This document shows positions 43,501-64,000 of a stretch of DNA of 64,000 nucleotides, in pieces (the first letter of the stretch is position 1; every line of letters begins with the position of its first letter). The stretch comes from Trichoplax adhaerens (taxonomy: Eukaryota > Animalia > Placozoa): contig NW_002060969.1 in assembly GCF_000150275.1 (NCBI RefSeq), forward strand, positions 1 through 64,000, read 5' to 3'. The notes under the pieces were generated by a model, which did no database searches, was not told the DNA's origin, and worked only from the letters and a program-made list of their open reading frames with translations. Position numbers and translations under genes: made by a program.

Positions 43501-44309
43501 CCTTAAGGATTTTAGTGTATGCCTGTTAAAATTTTTAAATATTGGTTAAGGTAAGGCTTGCAGCATCTGATAGAATAATATTAACAGACAGACTTATGAA
43601 TGAAAAAGTACAAAAATAATAATTTCAAATGGATTAATCCGCTTAATCAGAGTATGACACCTGTCATTTTATAATGCCACATGATATCTTTATTTCGTGT
43701 TTCTCAGATAAAGATTTGTAGATGAATTCGTACGTCTAGTCGTCTACTACCGCAGTACAATACCTAATTGCACACTTTGCACTAGCTTCGACTATTTGCG
43801 AGGTTGCTATAGCTATAACGATCGAAACTGGATTGAAATTAAATCTATTAAATCAATTGAAGGTAACAAGCGTTAACCCAGTTTCAAAAAGAAATTTAAG
43901 GTAAAATTTACCGTAATCAAATAGAATCCATAGCGATGGAGGAATAGATAAATATTTATACCCTGGCAACACGGCGAGTAATGTTAGAAAAGATTCTTAC
44001 TTATACAGTACTATGAATTTGCGATATAACGCTATGTAAGTGTTTACTATAGGTTAAAAGATAAGGTGAATCTTCAATTCAGCACGTATATTATTATCAC
44101 TGCAATATACAGTGTTTAAAAGAATTCTAGAGCATAATTTTAAAAAGAGCACGCTATAGTGTCAAGTAATTGTCTTGCATTTTTCCGCAATGTCGTCATA
44201 TCTCCGTTGATGATATACGCCTTTGAATCTTATTAATTGAATATGATTGTACACTTCCGTTCACCATTCGATCTTGCCAAATTCTGATTCATTGACTTTC
44301 ACTAGGAGC

Positions 44310-47300
44310 TTAATTGGCATCACAAATAACTTCTACAATCTATAAATATATTTATGAATTTTAACAAACTATAATTAGGTAGCACAACGGTAAATTTTTG
44401 CTTACGCTTTGTTCCATAAGTAAAGGTTCCAGGCATCGATTTACAGTACTATTCACAACCTCATCCAATAGAAAACTCACTATACTGTTATTAAAATAAT
44501 GTTAAATATTACTTTAGTAACGACTAACATAAAATCATTTATAAAAGAGTATATGAACATCGCACAAGAGTGAACGATCGACTACCTTTCGTCAGAAACG
44601 AATTTCCATAAGTGCAGGTATAAGTAGTATGTGTCGACTTGTATTTGTTGCAGACCATATTTATTAAAAGTGCGCAGTCGGATACACTCAAGAAACGTCT
44701 TGAAGATAAAAGTGCCTCAGTTATAAATACAGTTTACAGTTATTCTAGCATACTGCTAAAGATACATACTTTTAAAGCAATTTTAACTATTCCCGTCATA
44801 ACAGATAATTTACTGAATTCTACGGCACTAAAGATTTCAATCCTTTCTGTAAATAGCTTCTGGATATTAGACATTAAGCTAGTATCAAACGGTGCCACAC
44901 TAACGAAATAAATAATCAAGATGTTAATCGGATGCATTCTGCTTCCTGTATGACACAGAATCGAATTTTAATTCGCTAACTTTCCACTGTATCCCCATTG
45001 TTTAGATTGATTTCTTGAAGGTGGACGCCTCCCTGAATCTTTTCCATAGTAACAAAATATTTACCATATAATTTCGTCAAGATATTCATGAATTAGCTTA
45101 ATTATAATAATAATTATATCCTTTTAAACAGTATAGTGATAACATCGTTTCACCTGAGCCGATATCGTGTCTTGATGCATCTTCAAATAACATTCCAACC
45201 TGCACATCAACAGCGTTGAGATCTTCTACAACTCTTTTCATAACAGAACGGGCATTCCTTGGCTCAATGGTGTTCATCCAGTCGCGCGTTTCAACGCTTT
45301 TTCTTATCATCTAAAATGTAAATCGAAATATAAATGTATACCTACTGCCTAGAATTATGCAACATATAGCCTAGTTGGTGACAGGGACTACTCAAGAAGA
45401 AATTTTGTTAATTTTTCTCTCCTCCCCTTCTTGTAAGGAGAAGGTGGAAGGCTTAGTTTGGCTGGAGGGGATTAGCTTGAGATTTGGGGGACAAATTTTT
45501 TCTTCAGTAGTCCCTGTTGGTGGTCAGTAATCTTATCTACATCAAAATAAACTAGTAATTTATGGTGTGATGTGGGTACCTGAGATATTATTAGCCCTTG
45601 AGTTTTTACGTAGTAATCCAGTAGAGTCTAAAATATTTGAGGTACTTTAATACTAAGATAACGTGAATTGTGATTATAATATTACTATATAACCTGAGCA
45701 GTATCTTTGGTTTGTTGACGTAATTCCATAACTGATAGACTGTTTGAGCTACTATCACCGCCAATAATGTGGGGAAATTTCTCATCTGTTATAGATATCT
45801 GTAAAATTCGCAACAGTAAAATGCTGTAGCAATTAGAGGTACTTCAAGTATTGTAAAAGCTCAATTTGATAAAAAAAATGAAAGGTGCGTGCTTACTATA
45901 TAATTAATAGTCGAATTGTGAAAATCAGAGCAGAGGCGGGAAAGTAGTAGCAATAATTCCGGTGGTATTGACATTCCTTTACCGTGAATGGTCGTGCAAA
46001 AATTCTAAAACGATTAAATCAAAATCTTGACTGCTCCATCGGCGCATTTAAATTATGTAATAAAATTACGAGTAGATAACTTTGATATTCCTAACTTTCG
46101 CTACTATGTTGACATGCTTGATAAAATTGATAACGAATGAATCCCTGACATCGCGACAAAAGTTATTTCGAAAGTATGCTGTGTTGGCTATAGTAGTGAA
46201 ATCCGGGTTTATAAATTCCTGCGATAAAGCAATACATTGTAATGTTATGTGCATTAGTGGTCACTCATTAATACAATGTAATACTGTGTGCCAAATATAA
46301 TGATAACATAATATCGACCTCCAAATGATCGAGGAAGTATTTCATTTTTTGGGTGACAGCTGAAATAGTTCTATGTAATAAATCGATCATTTTAATTTCC
46401 AGCTCTTTATCTTTTTGAGATATTTTGTTACTCGCCATAGTCTGCCTAATATCAGTTATGCAATCTAGTAAGTTAAGAATAGGAAAGTGACGTTAAATAT
46501 CACTCATTATATAAGACTAATTTGAATACAATGAAATATTTTAGCGAACCTGCAAAATACGCTTTCAATTGCTTGAGATAGTGATGTAAACGCTCTCGTG
46601 TTGCATCAAATACCACGTTTAAGCTTATCCTGTAATAATTATAATCAGGATAGAGTCAGATACCAAGATATTTTGTGATCGTGCACAGTTTTAATTTATA
46701 TTGTATATGGTATACGTATCTCTCAGAGTGTCAGAATATTTAGAATGGAAGTTATCTTACTCTTTTATGCCAATATCAGGCAGTAGCTTGTCTAAAGCTT
46801 GTAAACGTCTGTAGAATCTGTCAAGGGCTCTAACTAGGATAGGATTGTCTTCACTATCGGTCTGCAATGAGGCAAAGTAGGCATAGATCACCCATTGTTA
46901 AAGGCTAATGCATCATTAAGCTATTACAAAATGTCGAAACGAAAATGATCTAAAGTGTATCTAGATATAAATTACGTACACAAGGAATTTCCAATAGTAT
47001 AAAATCCTGACAATAGCTTAAATAATCGTTAAACATTTTTTGGACAAACTGTCTGAGTCTTTCAGTTGCCGCATTTTCTGTTTCACGTTGAAGTGGTGTT
47101 CTGTTTTTGATAATGATTTATTGTGAGACTGACATCGCTAGGCATTAAGATACTATAAATGTTTAGTATGCACACCCAATATCACTATGATATTGCATGA
47201 AATTCTCTTTATATGTTGCAATTACAAGACACATGTCGCTTATGAATCCATTACAGCCGCAATCAATAAACTCCAAGATATCCTGCATTCGAACAAGACT

Positions 47301-50150
47301 TATTATGATGTGGCTTCGTGTCATATAATAAAGTATGTGATAACATAATTGTGTCGCAGGAATTTAGTAAACGAATTATATCTGTTTAAGAAACTCACCA
47401 TCGACTGAATATTGGCCGGATTAGCGTTTGGACTATAACTTTTTCTACAAACGTCTGCATTAAGCAAATCATCAGAGGTGGTGATCGCCGAAGTTTCTGT
47501 AACGAAATTGGGATTTTGTTCTCCATCAACACTCACAGTATGCATGTTAAGTTTTCTTGATTGTAGCTAAGAATGGTATTAGAATTATTAATATTGTTTG
47601 TTAACTTAAACAATCTTATACATAAAAATTTAATTTGATAAGCTACTAAAAAAGTTGATTTGCCTTGTCTTTAAATATAATTAAATTCATAGTTACAAGT
47701 TTGTTAAAGCATACTAAAAACTTTATATCAAAAATTACGGACTTGCTGCCTGAGAAACTGTAAATCTTCATCTAGACGTCGCTTAGCGCTGTGTAAGGAA
47801 AATAGCAGTAATTAATTGCGTATCATAGTTCAACAGATGGAACAGTTATAATACTGTACATACTGGTTCAAGAATTTATCATACAGTTCATCAGGTTTTT
47901 CCTTTAATTGCAGTAAAAGTTCAACGCATGTCGTCAATTCCTTAGAGGTAGACTGAAAGTATTGGAAAATCAATCAATGGAGTAATAAACCTAAAATTAA
48001 TAGTTTGAATTCTGTAATAACGTATAAGCTCAGCAACTAAATATATTCGAATATTCTGACCTCCGGATCATCAAACTTCTCCTTTAGAATCTTGCATAGT
48101 TCACCCATAATAGATTGGCAGTCATTGCGTATCCCTTGAAAGGAAGGCTCATGATGATACCGATCGAGAATATCTCTTGTTTTAGTATAATACCTAATCA
48201 TAGTATATGAATATCATAATAATCATTTGATGCTGTGAAGTTAAAACTCTAAATATTAATATCAGGCCAACCTAACTGCCTGCGAAAAGGACTTCATATG
48301 TATACATTGCTTCAGGCGAAATGGAAGCTCAAACAAAAACTGTAGCTAAGAATATATTGATGATATAAAATGTAAGTCAGATTTTCTGATTCTATTTGAA
48401 ATATGTCAATAAGGGACTTCTAGCTCAGATAAAAGCTATACTTCGTTATTTCGTAAATCAGCTATGCAGTGGTTACTTACTTTCTTCAATAATGTATGAA
48501 CTCCCGATAATTTCGTTATTTGTTGACGCCTTTCAGCCAATGTTGAACTAATGTTGCTGCTAAATTCAGTAATTGATGACATTTTGATTGCAAGCTGCTC
48601 CATTTCGTTTTCCATTTTTTTAAAATCATGTTTCATCTATTTAAAGGAAAGGAAAGCAAAGCAACAGGAGAACGCTTACTTATATTTTTTAATGCTATTA
48701 CCAAGTTAGATGATCTCAAATTTCGTGTCTGTCGATTATGCGATATAGTAATGATTAATCTAAGACATCATTTTAGATGGTCCTATCTTATTTTGCGATT
48801 TACAGTCGACAAAGAACGTAATCAAAGCAGAGAAGACATACCTTTTTGATAGTATCCGTTGCACTAATAAATTTGTTGTAGTTTTCATAGACTAGAGTTT
48901 GCATTTCACTGTCCAGGGCTCGAATTTCTGCCATTAAGGTAAAAATCATATGTACAACCATAATATGAATTATATTAATGTAAAGGATAATGAGGGGTAA
49001 AAGTATATATGTGAATTACGTTAGTGTGTTACAGTAGTTCACTGGCAACTAACTAATAAGGTTTTAAAATCATTTTTGACGGAAATATTAAATGCATCAG
49101 AAACGATTATATACCTCAGTGATTTCTAGGGTTACAGTTATACCGTATTTATACGAGGTCGTATTAGTAATAAATACAGTTGGGATAGCGTGATTTTATT
49201 AAATTCAGAAAGGATTCCGTAATAGTATAAAAATTTCAAGTAACTACAATAGGGGGCTAACGATTACAGGATTGTTTATGGAAAGCCTACGGCACTCCAT
49301 ATCATTCATAGGATGTGTCAACAGAATCTCGCGCTATTACTCCATAACATTCCACCGTCAAATTCTGCTATTTCTGCAAATATATTTATAGAACTTTCCA
49401 TCACATTACGTGTATTACTATAGCTTTTGTTGGAGTGAAAAATCGCTACTCTAACATGTCTTTCTGTGGCCCCAACAGGATTGCTCATTACCGTAATCCT
49501 TACACTTTTAAATGACGGGAATACTTTCTAGTTTTATGTCACTATTTTTAAACTTATAATTTACTATTTATTAATAGTAATTATTGTTATCAATGTATAA
49601 AATTTCATCGTTATGACATTCTTAATAAGATTTTTAAGGTTAGGCATGTGAAATTCATTACTAACGTTTGACCATCTCCGTTTCCTTTTCCATTAATTGT
49701 TGAAGTCCATTCTCTCTAAGTTGTTTGGACAGATAAGATTCTACTTTAAATTGGTTACTGTCGATATCCAATGGATCGATTGTTTGTGACCCTCCTTGTT
49801 CTTGCAAACCATAGTATAGCTTCAAAATGCCACGAGTCGGACGACGAGTGGGTTCATCTCCGCCGTCAAAATCTGTACAGAATGGTACAAGAGGGTCAAG
49901 AGTATGCAAGCTGTTGTATCAAACAAGTTAAAGTTTCAATATTACACTAAGAAACTAGAGATGAATTGTGCAAAAACAATTACATCGGTCTAAAACCATG
50001 TTAAGATAGCAAACTGTGGCTCTAGACAGCATTAGAATCTGGATTATACTAAGATCATAACATTGTCATTATATAATTAAAGTTGCGAACTACAGTACTA
50101 GGAATTCATTGAATGGTCCCCGCGGCTGCGTTATTACCTGATGCAGCCAT
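44310..50150 (-). CDS. VPS51: Vacuolar protein sorting-associated protein 51 (GARP/EARP subunit), multi-exon
   Basis: [115 protein letters not shown] at 44310. Exon 1 is ATGGCTGCATCAG at 50150-50138. Confidence 0.94.
45382..45516. mobile_element. 135-bp MITE with CAGGGACTACT terminal inverted repeats in a VPS51 intron
   Basis: CAGGGACTACTCAAGAAGAAATTT ... AAATTTTTTCTTCAGTAGTCCCTG, flanked by a near-duplicated site ttggtga / ttggtgg. Confidence 0.75.
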
Positions 50151-51799
50151 TTTGGAACTTTTATGTAGTATAGAAGACTGTATTTGTTTACCATGAGCTG
50201 TACAGAATTCTACTCGTGATCAGTCATTGAAATTATGGTACGGTGCATATTGTTATGCAAGTCTAAACGTTTTTAATAATTATTTAACAAACAACTACGT
50301 ACATAAATCAATCTTACTTGCTATACTGCAGTATGTCTGCGCAGCATATACCTGCTATTTTAGTAAAACTAAAGTTACTGGTACCAATTGCATGGCACAG
50401 AGGTAAGAAAATGGCCAACTATCGACTTACCCACTGATATTTGTCCGTAATTAGTAATTAATATTGTTGCAGATAGGATCATATGATCAGTGAATTATGC
50501 CATGCTGTACAGTGTACAGTACGTACAACCCTAAATTGTCAGAATTTCAATCACCAGCTGTTCTCGTTTAGTCTCTAATAATTAATTATATTTACTAATA
50601 ATACCGTACAAATGTACACTTGTACAGGTATACGGCGCACCTACTACGTAGTTTTTTTCTGATCTCTCGCATACAGCACTTAAAAAGTACAGTATAGTAC
50701 AGTAGCTATAATTATCCGTGACTTACAGAACTGTACGTACTGTATATCAAAGCTAACTCGGATCTAAGAGATAGGAGTATAAAGATATTTTAAGGGTGTT
50801 ATTGATATTTTGATAGCACAAACTAAGGTTAGGAATTAAATCTTGCCATTCTAACTATTGAAGGGAACTCTTTTCTGTTAAAATCGAAGCTGTTAAACGG
50901 TGTAAGAGGTCATTTACCCGATCTCCAAATGCGTAAATTTATAGTGAATACTCTCCGGATGTGTCTGAGCTAGTGGATGAATTGGCGCATTGACATACGA
51001 ATAATGTAATAGATAGCAACAGGACAGAAGCAAACGCTTACAACAACTTCTGTTAGGAAAAGCTATAATATTGTATATAATAAATGAAATTCGTGTGAAA
51101 ATCGAATTTCATTTATCTCTATAGTGTACTTCTTATCAGGCTAAGCAAACTACAGTATTCTACAGTACATGCCACAAAAATTTAACGAGCAATATTCATG
51201 CACAATACAGTACTGTACTGTACAGTGTACAGCGTTTCAGATTCAGCTGCGTGGATAATTTATAGTTGATTAGTGTACCGTAGACGCATTTTATGGTGAA
51301 GTTATTAGATAAGATTTCAGCGATTTTAAGTCTTAATAAGCTCTGTCGATACACAACAAATCGTGAACGTACTGTACGGTACAGTGCACATATCTACAGT
51401 ACAATGCAATTCATGGAATATGACGGCTGATAAGTGCTATGTAGTACAGTACTTTATATTATACTGGATGTTATCTGTCGTTTTGAAGATCTTTGGTTAT
51501 TAAGAAAGTAAAACAAAATTACTAGTCGAGCCTGCATACAGTGTTTTACGTTATGAATTGATGAACATTTCAACCTCTTACCCGCCATTTGGATGCAAGG
51601 AGATTCGGAAAGGCTATATTTCACATACAGTATGCACACTGCAGGCTGCGGCGGTACCTGATCAGTGATCACGGCATAAGCGTTTATGAAACGTTAACTA
51701 CGCTGTACGCAGCGTTGTTCACAATTAAATGTTTAATGTTATAACCGAACCTTTCTCACGCCTACAGTACTTGGTAGCTACTTTTGTCATGGAAGCATT

Positions 51800-52130
51800 A
51801 ACTGTACTGTACTGTACAGTACAATGCAGCTTAGCATGTGTAATACTTATACAGTACTGTATAGTACACTAATGTACAGTACAGTACAGTACACTTGTAC
51901 AGTACAGTACTGTAAACTGTACACTGTACTGTACAGTAGAGTTAACACTTATCTACTGTACTGTACTGTACTGTACAGTACTGTACCGTACTGTAGTAAA
52001 CTTGCATACAGTACTACAGTACAGTATACTGTACACTACAGGAACGAAGTAAAGTATTCTTAGTACTGTAGATATACAGTACAAGGTATGGTATGGCTAT
52101 ACTGTACTGTACTGAACTGTACTGTACACT
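51800..52130. repeat. Dense (CAGTA)n/(TACTG)n array, with scattered further units over 50500-53300
   Basis: Near-continuous pentamer runs in both orientations. They account for the YSTVQ/LYCTV-type spurious ORFs. Confidence 0.92.
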
Positions 52131-53813
52131 CATGGAAACAGCGTATAGTACTCAGTATTGAATAAGATTTAGAATTTTTACATCAAAAACCAATTCGAAG
52201 TCAATCTTACAAATCCTATGAAATAAGCTAAAACATTTCATTCAGACTTACGCTTAACACATCGTATAAGGAGTAAAACGCACGAAAAATAACATTGTTA
52301 AGCGTATAATTTCCAAATATTTAATAGATTTAAGATTTTTTATTATGTTACAATCCATAAATGGATTCGCCATTTTCATGCAAATCGATACTGTATCATC
52401 AGCCATCTCTGTAGTATGCTACTGATGAAAGCGTAACCATACTGCTTAAAAGCAACTTGGCAGGCTAATAACAGCTGATTTGGATGTCAATCGCAGACTG
52501 TAGTGTGCCATTACAGATATGTGATACAGTTGAAATGACCAAAAAATAATCAGTCTCCACATTATTAGTACAGTATAGTGAACAACCGTTTCCTGTCCCG
52601 TCTCTTTCTGTTTAGTAGTCCCTGATACTATACTGTACTGTACAAGTGTACATGTATTCTGTACCAGAACAGTGGATTAGAAAGAAGGGCCAACATACAG
52701 TTACAGCTGTCGAAGGTTTGGTTGTAGAACCAGCGGCTTCTCGATAAAAATTGAACTTCGGCACTGCTACAGTCTACAGTATTACTGTACAGTACAGCTG
52801 TACTGTAGATATTGTAATCTAGTAATTAGCGGAGGAGTTTGCGCAGTCTAGCGACCTGAGTGTATCACTATATCACGTCCATAGAATTTTTCCTTTTACA
52901 GTTTTACCTCTACGATCACGTCTTTCACTTGAGGTATAGGTACCTCAAGGTTCAGGTATGGCTCGTCACTGGCTATAAGTTCTATACAGTATAAGGTTAA
53001 TATCTGACGTAAAATCGAAGGCGCAGAGACACTGCGAAATCTATTAGGTTAGGGATAGGGTACACACGTACTGTACACCAGAGTTCTTAATCAGATTTAG
53101 CGCCTTGATACGCGGCTAGGCCAGGACGAGGTATGTACTGTAGATTTGAGCTCTACGCTACTTTGTCACAGCGTCGCCAGTTCGTGATAGAAATACAATA
53201 ATAAACTATGCTGGTATATAAAATTGATAGTAATACGCCAAAAAATTGAGTAGACAAATATAACCATCCGTGTACTGTACAGTGTACAGTACTGTAGTAC
53301 TTGTAACAAACTTATCGTACTGCATGTCATAAAACTTCAAAGGGCAACTGTACTTAGATTGATTCATTATATAGCTACGGTAGCTTACCATTAAGAGCAA
53401 AATTCTAAAGCCCAGAAACATTAAGATTAATTTAAGTATCGTCATACATTAGCAAGCCAAGACAAAAATTTCACCATAAATATAAAATAATAGCAGTTTA
53501 TTAGCTATTTTACGGTAGCTACGTAAGTTACCACCATAACATTTATATTTAATAAGGCGTAGATAGAATGTTTGCAATTAACCATCCGAATTATGCCTCA
53601 CATAGGTATTTACTGTTAAAACATTACAGTAGAAATTACGGGAATGTTAGTACATCTTCGATTTAGAAACTACAGTAATGCCTATCGTAGTTTATTAATG
53701 TTTGCAAAATAGCAACAGGGTTTTAAATTATAAAGGTGATAAACTTAATTCCAGAACAATCTCGTAAGCTATTTGCGGAAGGGTTTTACGGTTTAAATTG
53801 TGAAAAAAAGCAA

Positions 53814-64000
<10,187 letters not shown>

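Noticed and set aside
52410-52460. CTGATGA followed by an AAGC/GCTT stem (hammerhead or SECIS-like)
   Set aside because: GAAA is replaced by AAAA and there is no valid cleavage triplet or stem III. SECIS spacing does not fit and no selenoprotein gene is adjacent.

Overview
Compact, AT-rich, intron-dense animal genomic DNA. Short 70-150 nt introns, (CAGTA)n arrays and gene density suggest a placozoan such as Trichoplax; this is an inference. Gene order: an 892-bp inverted copy of the COX15 5' region next to a 50-N gap, exon 1 of ATP5MK/USMG5 (-), WDR6 (+), DHX15 (-), COX15 (+), MAEA (-), DENND10/FAM45A (-), DCTN1 (+), a two-exon secreted peptide-precursor gene (-), VPS51 (-) and the 3' part of SNRNP200 (-). 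The standout is the gene at 39732-40542. Its second exon is missed by the ORF track. Spliced, it gives a 129-aa prepropeptide with a signal peptide, several dibasic sites and a C-terminal cyclic, probably amidated peptide (..CGRFGSFWLMCIL-G*), so it is a candidate neuropeptide/hormone precursor. Other points: three minor-spliceosome-like (U12) introns with divergent 5' splice sites, a candidate intronic C/D snoRNA, a 529-bp foldback MITE, a small CAGGGACTACT-terminated MITE family, two Helitron-like 3' ends, and (CAGTA)n arrays concentrated at housekeeping-gene 5' ends. Exon boundaries were read by eye. The start codons of COX15, DENND10 and DHX15 are less certain.
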